From positions 4,712,001 to 4,776,000 of the forward strand of contig CAKKNE010000004.1 in the NCBI GenBank assembly GCA_918797485.1: 64,000 nucleotides of DNA, read 5' to 3'. The notes under the pieces were generated by a model. It searched no databases and was not told the origin of the DNA. It was given only the letters and a program-made list of their open reading frames with translations. Source of the stretch: Pelagomonas calceolata (lineage: Eukaryota). This document shows positions 52,439 to 61,618 of this stretch, one piece after another. A program made the position numbers and the translations under genes. Position 1 is the stretch's first letter. Each line of letters starts with the position of its first letter.

Positions 52439-53902
52439 ATGAGGCGCCCCTACGCCATCATCGCTGCGTTCGCAAGCACTGCCAGCGGCTTCGCGACCGT
52501 CCCGCGCCGACACGCCACAAAACCCCTGCAGCACCCACTGCGAGCGGCGCCCGCCGAGGCAGACGCAACGGAAACACCGGAGCCGACGCTCCGGGACCTC
52601 GCGTCCTTCGCGGGCCCGGCCGTCGTTCTTTGGATCAGCGGCCCCCTGCTCACGCTCATCGACACGTCCGCCGTCGGCCTCGCGAGCGGAGCGAAGGACT
52701 CCGCGCTCGAGATCGCGGCGCTGGGCCCCGGCGGGTCCGTGTGTGATGGCGCCACGTACTTCTATACCTTCCTGAACATCGCCACGACGAACTTTTTGGC
52801 GTCCGAGACGGAGCCCGAGAAACGGGAACAGGTGGTCGCGCGCGGCGCGACGTTAGCGTTAAGGAACGGTCTGCTTGCTTTAATTTGGCTGCGATTAATC
52901 GCGGGGCCGTTCCTGGCCGTCTTCATCGGCGGGCAGGCGAGCGGCGCGCTCGAGGTGCAAAAGCGCGCGGCGACGTACGTTAGGGTGCGGGCCCTCGGCG
53001 CGCCCTTTCTCCTGCTGGGCAACGCGCTGACGGCGGCGTTGCTCGGCGCCAAGGACTCGGCGGCGCCGTTGATTGCGCTCGCGGCCTCCGCGGGTACCAA
53101 TATTTTGGGAGACTTCGTCGCCGTCGGCCTGTTGGGGCGGGGCGTGCGCGGCGCCGCCGAGGCCACGGCCCTGTCCCAGGTCGTGCAGGCCGTGGTCCTC
53201 GCGCGTTTGGCAGCGAAGAAGCTCGGGACGAGCGACGCGAAGCCGCTCGCCTACGTGCGGCGCCTACTAAGGACGCAGCGGCGGTTGGAAGGGCGGTCCT
53301 TCGCGGCCTTCGCCGGGCCGGTCCTCGTTCTTGTGTTTTCGAAGTTGCTTTCTTTTGGGGTCATGACGTTCACGGCGGCGCGCTTCGGGTCCGTGCCTCT
53401 CGCGGCGCACCAGCTCACGCTCACGATCTTTTTGCTGGCGTCTTTGGTCTTGGACGCCGTCGCGGGCCAGACGGCGCAGGCCTTCCTGCCTCCCCTAAAA
53501 GGCCGAACAGGGGTTCAAAAGCTCGGGCGGAGGCTCCTGAAGCTCTCGGCGGGCGCGGCGCTGGCCTCATCCATCACCGCTGGCGCGCTCGCCCTCCGGG
53601 GCGCGCGGCTGTTCTCGGGCGACCCCGCGGTCGCGTCCGAGCTCGCCGCCGTCGCGGCGCCGCTCGCGGCGAGCGTGCTCCTGCACGGCGCGATCGCGCA
53701 CGGCGAGGGCGTGTGCCTGGCGACGGCCGATTTGAAGTTCGTCGGCGCGTCGTACGCGGTCTCCGGTGTGGTCTTTCCGGCGCTCGTCGGCCTGGCCGGG
53801 CCGAACGCGTTGCGAGGTGTCTGGGATGCCTTCGTTGTCTTCCAGATCGCGCGCGCGGCGGTCCTGCAGCTTCGCGCGAGGCATGTGCTAAGGAAATATT
53901 AG
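52439..53902 (+). CDS. MATE-family transporter, probably plastid-targeted
   Basis: ASGF presequence, PLLTLIDTSAVG, YVRVRALGAP, NILGD..GVRGAA.AT, LAAHQL. Confidence 0.88.
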   Translation: MRRPYAIIAAFASTASGFATVPRRHATKPLQHPLRAAPAEADATETPEPTLRDLASFAGPAVVLWISGPLLTLIDTSAVGLASGAKDSALEIAALGPGGSVCDGATYFYTFLNIATTNFLASETEPEKREQVVARGATLALRNGLLALIWLRLIAGPFLAVFIGGQASGALEVQKRAATYVRVRALGAPFLLLGNALTAALLGAKDSAAPLIALAASAGTNILGDFVAVGLLGRGVRGAAEATALSQVVQAVVLARLAAKKLGTSDAKPLAYVRRLLRTQRRLEGRSFAAFAGPVLVLVFSKLLSFGVMTFTAARFGSVPLAAHQLTLTIFLLASLVLDAVAGQTAQAFLPPLKGRTGVQKLGRRLLKLSAGAALASSITAGALALRGARLFSGDPAVASELAAVAAPLAASVLLHGAIAHGEGVCLATADLKFVGASYAVSGVVFPALVGLAGPNALRGVWDAFVVFQIARAAVLQLRARHVLRKY

Positions 53903-53962
53903 GAATATTAGGGATTAAAAAGTTACATGGGATTCTTCGGGGTGCTTGCGGGCCACCTGCTT

Positions 53963-54187
53963 CTATGCGACTACGGCGGCGCCGCCGCCTACGGCTGGCG
54001 CCGCGCCCACCGCGACGGGGTGGCCCGCGATGTTCGCGAGGATCCCGGCGATTCCAATGCGCACTTGTTCACAGATCGTGGTCATCTTTGCTAGCGTTCC
54101 GCTACCGGCTCCGGCAGCGGCCGCAGTCTTGGGGACCATGGCGATGATGCTCCCGAAAATGGTTCCAAGAAGCTCGACGACGGGCAT
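53963..54187 (-). CDS. Possible small hydrophobic Ala/Gly-rich protein (74 aa)
   Basis: aaaATG start context and a hydrophobic peptide. No homology recognised. Confidence 0.3.
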   Translation of the reverse strand: MPVVELLGTIFGSIIAMVPKTAAAAGAGSGTLAKMTTICEQVRIGIAGILANIAGHPVAVGAAPAVGGGAAVVA

Positions 54188-54676
54188 TTTATCACGTAAG
54201 TTGTTTTTTGTGCCTGCGAAGGGAATTAGAGGTTGGCCCCGGGCGGCGGCGCGCCCCGGTGGCGGACCTCGGCCCGTCGAGTCGGTGTCGACGCGCGGCG
54301 GTTTCGTCGATCGTGGGCAACGTTTCCGGCGGCGCGCAGTGTGTGTGTGTCTAAGCCGACGGCCCAAGGCGCCGTGTCTGGCCCGCCGTGTCTGGCCGCG
54401 TCCGGTCGGCGCTGCGCTTTGTTGGGAGTCTGGACAGTCAGAGTCCAGACTCCAGATTCTTGTCGACACAAATCGCGCGATCGTCGGCGCGCGCTCTCGT
54501 CAGTGGTCAATAGACGAGAGTATTTTGACGCCGCGACGTGCGTTATTAGCGCTTAACAAGCGAGGTGAGCTTGGTGCTCGGTGCTCGAGAGCTCTAGTGC
54601 GGTTATCGCCTAGTTCCGAGTAAGGAGACGTAGTATATCCCTACCAACAAGCCTTAAAAACGTACCGCACAGAGAC

Positions 54677-55774
54677 TTACCCAACCTTCGCCGAGAGCCC
54701 GGCGAACCGCGTCTCGAGCCTCGCGTCGAAGTCCTCCCCGGGAAAGGGCGCCGGCATAAGCTCCGCGGGGTCGAAGTCGACGGCCTCGTCGCTCCCGTCG
54801 AGGCGAGCGAGCTCCGGCCCCGACGCGAGGAGCCGCTCCAGGGACCCGTCGCCCGCGGGCACGTACTGCGACGTGCGCAGGAGGTTCTCGTAGCGCGCGA
54901 GCGCGGCCGCCTCCTCGGCCCTATCACAATCGAGCTGCGGGTCCCAGTAGTCGTCGGGCACCGCGACGAAGGACCCGTCTTTTCGTTCATCGGCAAGCAC
55001 CTGGTCGAGCGGCCGCGCGTGGAAGGCGACGCGGAAGTTGGGAAGCCCGGGCGGCGTCACGCGCACCTCGCGGTTCGACGTGCGCGTCCAGTTCCGCCAG
55101 TTCACCTTTAGTAAAGACGTCTCCCGCAGCTGCGCCGCGAGCGCCTCCAGCTCTTCGTCGGACCCGAGCGCGACCTCGATATGCTCCCAGCCCGTCGCGT
55201 AAGCCGAGCCCTCCTTCGGCGCCGGCAGCTCGAGGAGTCGTATCCGGTGCGTGCCGACGGCCAGCGGCTCGCGCAGCCGGAAGACGCTCACGGGCCGGCC
55301 GCCGACCATGGCCTCGCCGAGCAGCTCGGCGCCGTCTTGGAGCGCCGCGCAGGAGGCGAGCTCGTACGCCTTGCCGGTCTCGACGCGCCAGCAGGCGTGG
55401 TCGACCTCCGCGGTTTCGTCCCACTCCACGCCGGCCGCGCGCACGGCGTCGAGCGCCTGGCGCGCGACGGGCGCGAGCGCCTCGGGCCGGAAGTCGTAGA
55501 GCGGCGGCGACGGCGGCGGGAGCGGTTGTTTTGGCTCGTCGTCCGCGAAGAGCGCGTCTTCTTGCTCCTTCGTGAGTTCGAGGTAGGCGAGGTCGTCGGC
55601 GAGCGCGACCGCTTGGGCGTCGGTGAGTTCATCAGCAGCTGTGGTTTCGAGCTCTTTTAAAACTTGGGCGGCTGTGAGCTTTTCCGTGATTTCGAGCGCT
55701 GGGGTACCCGTGAGCTCTTCGGCTGCTGTGGTTTCGATCGCTTCTTGCGCTTCGGCGGCTGTGAGAGCGGCCAT
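54677..55774 (-). CDS. YecM-like (VOC/glyoxalase-fold) protein
   Basis: DHACWRV, EAMVGGRPVSVFRLREPL, LELPAPK..Y..GWEHIE, FHARPL. Confidence 0.75.
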   Translation of the reverse strand: MAALTAAEAQEAIETTAAEELTGTPALEITEKLTAAQVLKELETTAADELTDAQAVALADDLAYLELTKEQEDALFADDEPKQPLPPPSPPLYDFRPEALAPVARQALDAVRAAGVEWDETAEVDHACWRVETGKAYELASCAALQDGAELLGEAMVGGRPVSVFRLREPLAVGTHRIRLLELPAPKEGSAYATGWEHIEVALGSDEELEALAAQLRETSLLKVNWRNWTRTSNREVRVTPPGLPNFRVAFHARPLDQVLADERKDGSFVAVPDDYWDPQLDCDRAEEAAALARYENLLRTSQYVPAGDGSLERLLASGPELARLDGSDEAVDFDPAELMPAPFPGEDFDARLETRFAGLSAKVG

Positions 55775-55916
55775 TTTGAGTGAGTGGTCTAAGCGACGCG
55801 TTTCCCGCTGTGCCACTCAACAGAGCGCGTCGATGGGTACAACAGCGCAAATGTTACATAAACCACAATCCATTCGTTGCCGCGAAGCAGCGCGCGCCGC
55901 GTTTGAAAAGCTGGGC

Positions 55917-55937
55917 CTAGCGGCAGTAAGACACTAG
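55917..55937. promoter_or_regulatory. CTAG-N-CTAG upstream motif
   Basis: CTAGCGGCAGTAAGACACTAG between divergent genes. Confidence 0.55.
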
Positions 55938-56211
55938 CCAGCCATGCCAGCTGGTGCCGCAGGGCGGCTTACTGGTACTCTGAGCGGGCATAGACACAGT
56001 CTACGCGTTCACTGAACCACACGCTCCACCGCTGACAGGTTGGTTCCAGCGCAACGCGCGCCTAACTGTGTGTGTGTGACCGCACATCTCCGCCAGCCTG
56101 ACGCCGTCGTCGCCGGGCGCACATCAAGGAGGTGCGCTCGTCCCCCGGTCTGCCCGCGTTGATTTCTGGATCGCGCTGGCCACAAACGCACGAAAAAAAT
56201 AAAATAAAAAA

Positions 56212-57120
56212 ATGGCGGACGACGACGAGACAGAGCAGCTCAAACAGGCCTTCCTGAAGGCCTGCGGCGCGACGGGCAGCCTCGAAGCCGCCAAGGCCGC
56301 CGCCAAAGCTTTAGGAGACGAGCCGCTCGCGAGCGTGCGCGCGAAGAATGGAGGAAGCGCGCTGCACCTCGCGGCCTTCGCGGGCCAGCTGAATACGGCG
56401 CAGTGGCTGGTCGAGCGGGGCGTACCGGTGACGGGTGTTGATGGAGGCGGCGGCACGCCCCTGCACGCGGCGTGCTTCGCGGGCAACCTCGCCGTGTGCG
56501 GCTGGCTCGCGTCGTCGGGCGCGGACATCGAAGCCGCCGACGGCCGCGGCGCGCGGCCGCTGCACGTCGCGTGCCTCGCCGGCCGCGAGCAGGTCGTCGA
56601 CCTGCTCCTGCGGCGCGGCGCGCTCAAGATGTGCAAGACGCGCGACGGCGCGACGCCCGCGGCGCTGGCCCGCAAGGCGTCGCAGAATAAATGCGCGGAC
56701 CTCGCGGAGAGCTTCAAGCGGCCGGCCCGGGCAGCGGCGGCGCCGGCTCCGGTTGTGAAGCGACCGCGGCCCGCGCCCGTGCCTGTGCCGCGCGCCGGCC
56801 CGCCACCACCGGCGCCGCCACCACTCGGCGCGCTGCAGGCGCAAATGCTCGGTATCCAGCCGGTAGCCCCGCAGCCCGCGGCGCCGCCACTCGCCGCCGC
56901 GGTCGCGGCCGTGCCCCAGGTTCAGGCGCCGCCGCCGACGACCGCGCGCCTCGGCGTGACGCCCTCCCAGGCCACGGACAGCTTTGTGCCCGTCTCGGCC
57001 AAGGCACAGAACGACACGGCGCGCGAGCACATGGCGCAGCAGGCCATGGAGAAGATGGGGCGGCGCGGCGTCGCGATGCGCGTGCCAACTTGGTTGCAGC
57101 CGGGCGACCGGCTGGCGTAA
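56212..57120 (+). CDS. Ankyrin-repeat protein with a Pro-rich tail
   Basis: SALHLAA, TPLHAAC and RPLHVAC repeats. Confidence 0.85.
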   Translation: MADDDETEQLKQAFLKACGATGSLEAAKAAAKALGDEPLASVRAKNGGSALHLAAFAGQLNTAQWLVERGVPVTGVDGGGGTPLHAACFAGNLAVCGWLASSGADIEAADGRGARPLHVACLAGREQVVDLLLRRGALKMCKTRDGATPAALARKASQNKCADLAESFKRPARAAAAPAPVVKRPRPAPVPVPRAGPPPPAPPPLGALQAQMLGIQPVAPQPAAPPLAAAVAAVPQVQAPPPTTARLGVTPSQATDSFVPVSAKAQNDTAREHMAQQAMEKMGRRGVAMRVPTWLQPGDRLA

Positions 57121-57285
57121 TAATGTAATGAATTTTCTGGGGTTCGTCGAAACGCGTCGCGCCGATGGCGTCAAGTGGTGCACGGCCGTACGGAGCTAGC
57201 GTGTCGACACACTAGCTTCACTCAACAGCGCTGCTCAGGCTTCAGGGTCTTCAGCCCTGGAAAGACGCAAGGAGTCGAAACAAGA

Positions 57286-59305
57286 ATGGGGGGCGAGATC
57301 GCCAGCAGCCCCGCGCGGTCGCCCCGCGAGCTGGCACCCCTACCCAGCAGCCCGGGCAGCAGCCCGGCCCGCGAGGCGCTCCGCCGGGCCCTCAATGGCG
57401 ACAACGAGCAGCCCAACCTGGCGCTGGCCCCCCTCCGGTGGAACATCGAGAAGGAGCGCCGGGCGCGCGGCGCGGCGCTAAAGAGCGCCGAGGCGACGTT
57501 CGACGCCGAAGCGGCCCGCCGCCGCGCTGGCTTTGATGCGAGTAAACGGGCGCGGGACCACGCCGTGGCCGAGCGGCGCGCGGCCGCGCAGCGCGACGGG
57601 CTCAAGGTTGCGCCCAAGCGCTTCGACCGCGCGCGCCAGGCGATCGCGACGCTGCGGCGCGTCGGGCGCAAGGACGAGGCCTCGCGGCGCACGCGGAAGC
57701 TGAGGAGTATGGAACGCGACTACTGGCAGCAGGTCTCCGGTGTCCAATTCGAGGCGGCCGAGGCGGACGCGTCGAGGCGATTTAATCACGACTTCGAGGC
57801 GAAACAATCAGCTAAGGCCGCAGCCTTCCACAAGACGCGCACGAAATTGGCCAACCAGGTCGACGAGGGCGTCAAGCGGGTCTACCGCGCGAACCCGCGG
57901 ACCGTAGATGATGAAATGTGGCGCGCCGCGCATTACGCGAAGCACGGCGACGCGACGAAATTGGGCTACATGCTGGATTTGCATGGTGAGTCGGAAGTCC
58001 ATAGGCGCGACCCGGACAGCGCCTGGACGCCTTTATTTTTCGCGGCGCAGGGCGGCCACGCAGCCTGCGTCCGCCTGCTTTGCGCGCGCGGCGCGGACGT
58101 GAAAATAAGAGATCCGCGGCGCCGGACGCCTTTGCATGTTGCGGCGGCGTTCGGGTCGGCGGCGGCCTGCGCGGGTTTGATTGAGGCGGGTGCGGACGTG
58201 GGCGCCGTCGACGATCAAGATTTGACGCCGCCGGAGGTCGCGGAGTCGCGGGGCAAGACTGATGTGGCGGAGTTTCTGCGGCAGTTCGACACGACGCGCT
58301 CCGAGGGACCTCCACGATCGATCAAAGCGGAGGCCGCGGCGACGGACGGCGTCTCGACGGCGCTGCGGGCGCTCGCGTTCAAGGAGAAGGCCTTCGGCCG
58401 GGACTACCACGGCCTCGCGCCGACGCTCCAGAAGCTCGCCCACGCCTACAAGGCGGCCGGCGACGTCATCGGCAACCGGCAGACGCTCGAGCGGGCCGCG
58501 CTGCTTGCCTCGAAGCACTACGGCGACGAGCACGCGCTCACGGCGGCCGCCTACAACAACCTCGGGGCGGCCTGCCACCGCTGCGGCGAGCACGACGACG
58601 CCTGCGCGGCCTTCGCCAAGGCGCTCAAGGTCGCCCACGAGGCGCGGGGCGGCCGCGCGTTCCACCCCGCCGAGCCGCGCGAGGCCTTCGACCAGGTCCT
58701 GGTGCCGCTGCGGAACCTGGCTCTCCACACGCTACAGCGAGGTGACATTCGACAGGCCTTACCTTTATTGGAGCACGTCGTCGCGTTGCTGACAACCCTC
58801 CACGACCCGAATCTGAGACCTGGCGTTCCAAAACACGCCCCGTCGTCCACGGAATCGTTCCTCGCGGTCGGCACCTGTATGGAAATCAACCAGTGCGTCG
58901 GGTGCAACCGGGAGGCGATGACGAACGCGCCGTAAAATATTGATTTCCACACAGGTCGATACGACGCCTGTGGAAAGCGTGGCGCTGGTGCCCGCGCTCG
59001 TGACGCTGTCCTACGCGTACTTGCTTGATAAAAATTACGAGGGCTGCCGTCGCGAGCTCGACCGCGCCCTGAAGATCCTGACGACGCACGAGGGGGAGAA
59101 AGCCGCGTCGACGACGCTGGTCCGCGAGCACCTGGGCCTGCTCGCGTACTACGAGGAGGACTTCGAGGAGGCCCAGAAGCATTTCCGGGACGTCCACGAC
59201 ATCCTCGTGGCGCACGGCCGCGCGGCGGACGACGAGGACGTCGTCCGCCAGCTCGAGAACCTCGCGACGGCGACGTGTCGAACCGGGCCGAGGACCTGGG
59301 CCTAG
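57286..59305 (+). CDS. Coiled-coil + ankyrin + TPR protein; exons 57286-58866, 58955-59305
   Basis: WTPLFFAA, RTPLHVAA, AAYNNLG. Spliced length 1932 nt in frame. Confidence 0.8.
58867..58954 (+). mobile_element. Introner-type intron (GT-AG); TIR element 58875-58954
   Basis: TIR CTGTATGGAAATCAA/TTGATTTCCACACAG (14/15). 8-bp TSD gtcggcac/gtcgatac (6/8). Splicing gives FLA|VDTTP. Confidence 0.85.
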
Positions 59306-59324
59306 GTAATTACTGTTGTTTGTG

Positions 59325-59951
59325 TTACTCGGGCCGATCCATCCAGGGCGCCGCCCGGTAGCCGCGCACGCGGCCCGGCTCCTGGGGCGGATAGAACCTG
59401 CCCTCCTTCACCGTGACCTCGGCGTTGTACCGCTGCTGCTTCAGGTTCGCCTCGAAGTCGTGCATGTTCGGCGGCGTCTTCATGCGCTCGAGTCGTGGTG
59501 GCTCGACGACCGGCTGCGGGTGGTGCTTCGGGTGGCTGTGCCAGGGCGCCGGCGGCGTCTTCACGCGCGGCACCATGTAGCCGCCCTTGAGCGGGTCGCT
59601 CGGCTCGGGCCGCTCGGGCTTCGCGTAGGCGTTGTACCACTCCCCGAGCTCCGGCATCGTCCACAGGCACTTGTCCTGCAGCGAGTACACCCTTATGTCG
59701 TACTGCCGGTCCGGCGGCCGCAGCTGCGCCTCGGGCTCCTTCTGGATCTTGTAGCCGTTCCGCCAGCCGTTCAGCTTGAGCGTCGTCTTCTTCTTGTCCC
59801 GTTTTATGCGCTGCTGCGCCCGCAGCGCCGCCTGCTTCTCGCGGATGCGCAGGACCTCGTCCATCTTGCCCACGATTTCCTTCTCGCGCTTCGCCTGCGC
59901 CTTGAGGAACTTCTCGGGGTAGACGACCTTGTAGGACACGCCCATCTGCAT
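59325..59951 (-). CDS. Hypothetical protein
   Basis: 208-aa ORF with strong G/C third-position bias. Confidence 0.65.
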   Translation of the reverse strand: MQMGVSYKVVYPEKFLKAQAKREKEIVGKMDEVLRIREKQAALRAQQRIKRDKKKTTLKLNGWRNGYKIQKEPEAQLRPPDRQYDIRVYSLQDKCLWTMPELGEWYNAYAKPERPEPSDPLKGGYMVPRVKTPPAPWHSHPKHHPQPVVEPPRLERMKTPPNMHDFEANLKQQRYNAEVTVKEGRFYPPQEPGRVRGYRAAPWMDRPE

Positions 59952-60299
59952 GGTGGCTGCTTATGGGGTGCCCAGAGGCTGGTGACAACGGCTTGTGTGT
60001 CGTGCGAGCTGCCCCGACGACCGATGCTTAAGTGTCCGCAGCTGTGCGGAGACGTAGGCCGCGTAGCGGCAAGGAGAGGATGGGGCGTTGGAGAGGCAGG
60101 CCGGCCCCGCACGCACGTCTCCGACGGTCACATCGCATCTATCGGAGCCGTACCGCGTACGGATCGATACCGCCGGAGCAGCGCGCCATTGCGCCCGGAA
60201 GCCGCCGCCGCGAGACGCGGCGCGATCATGACTCTACTGACGCCTAACCGAGGCGGCGAGCATGGCGAGACATTCTTACTACTAGAAGCAACAAACAGG

Positions 60300-61229
60300 C
60301 TAGCAGAGGCCCTTCCGGTATTTCCGGAGGCCGTCGACGTGGCCGGAGCCGAGGGACCGGTTCCCGCAGAGCTCCGCCCGGCACATGGGCACGAGGTGCT
60401 GCTGCACGTTCCAGACGCACGGGTCGACCTGGGCCGGCCGCCAGCGCCGATCCGCCAGCGCGTCGTACTGCTGGTAGAAGAACCAGTAGAAGAAGCCCTG
60501 GACGCGCGGGTCCCACTTGTGGTGTAGGGGGCCCCACGGGGTTTTGTTCCAGCCCGTATAATCGACGGTGGCCGTCGAGAGCGCTTCCAACAAGGCATCT
60601 CGCAGGGACCGGGACGGCGGCACGACGAGCAGCGCGCCGTTCACCATGGACATGGGCGCGCGCGTCGTGATGACGTGGCCGTCCGCCGCGCAGTCGAAGA
60701 GCGGCCCGAACTTCCCGAAGTCGTCCAGGTCGTAGTCGTTATCCACGACCATGATGGCGTCGTACTCGTCGTAGCCCATCGGCACGAACTTCAGGAACTC
60801 GCGCGCGCCGCAGCAGCCGCCGCTCTCGACGGGCACGCCCTTGCTCAGGTTCGGGGGCACGACCCAGTCGCTGTACCTTATATCAATGCCCGCCTTCTTC
60901 ATCCCGTTGACGTTCGCCTCCGGGAAGGGCACGTTCTGCAGGTCCCGCCGCGGCAGGACGAAGATCGCGTCGACGCCGGCCGCCCGCGCCCGCTTCGCCA
61001 GCCGCTCGCGATGCTTCACGAAGCCCTGGAGCGTCGCCGACGTGTCGCCGTGCGCGTCGAAGACCGAGACGATCGCCTTGCGCCGCGCCGCGCCGCGTCG
61101 ACACGTCGAGAGGTCGAGGCACGGCGCCGCTCGGTCGTGCGCCGCGCAGCGCCAGCCGGGCTCGACCCAGCCGGGGTCCATGCGGTCGGCCGCTGCCAGG
61201 CTGGTGGCTGCCCAGAGGAGGCGCCACAT
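60300..61229 (-). CDS. GT8/glycogenin-like GT-A glycosyltransferase with a signal peptide
   Basis: FLKF..EYDAIMVVDND (DxD), NGALLVVPPS, VQGFF. Confidence 0.7.
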   Translation of the reverse strand: MWRLLWAATSLAAADRMDPGWVEPGWRCAAHDRAAPCLDLSTCRRGAARRKAIVSVFDAHGDTSATLQGFVKHRERLAKRARAAGVDAIFVLPRRDLQNVPFPEANVNGMKKAGIDIRYSDWVVPPNLSKGVPVESGGCCGAREFLKFVPMGYDEYDAIMVVDNDYDLDDFGKFGPLFDCAADGHVITTRAPMSMVNGALLVVPPSRSLRDALLEALSTATVDYTGWNKTPWGPLHHKWDPRVQGFFYWFFYQQYDALADRRWRPAQVDPCVWNVQQHLVPMCRAELCGNRSLGSGHVDGLRKYRKGLC

Positions 61230-61618
61230 CGTGCGAGCTATCGGCAGCCCTTCTGCATCTTTTTTGTGCTCATACAGAGCAAAATGCGGTCACGCAGACC
61301 CGCGCTGGCCGGGTGGAGGCTCTAAGCACTCAAGCTGCAAAAGTTTTGCGCAGACTCAGTGACGGGTTTTGTGCATTGGCGCACGAAGCCATGAGGCGCC
61401 CGCCCGAGGCCTCGCAGGCGCGATACGGATAGCTCCGGGCGGCGCGCTCCGTCCACATTTTGCGCGGGGCTAGGCTGCCCAACACTTTGATTGCTGGACA
61501 TTTGCCGCTGCCCCGGCACCGCAGGGAGCCAGCAGCGCGCCGAACATGCGACGCTGACTCCGATCCGACGCCGACCCCGATCGCAGCGGCAGGCTGGTCG
61601 TCGAGGCTGCCTAGACAG

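Noticed and set aside
8043..58954. Programmed frameshifts or pseudogenes in the esterase, RING-CH, LHC and ankyrin-TPR genes
   Set aside because: Each frame change is explained by a GT/GC-AG intron that gives an in-frame product.
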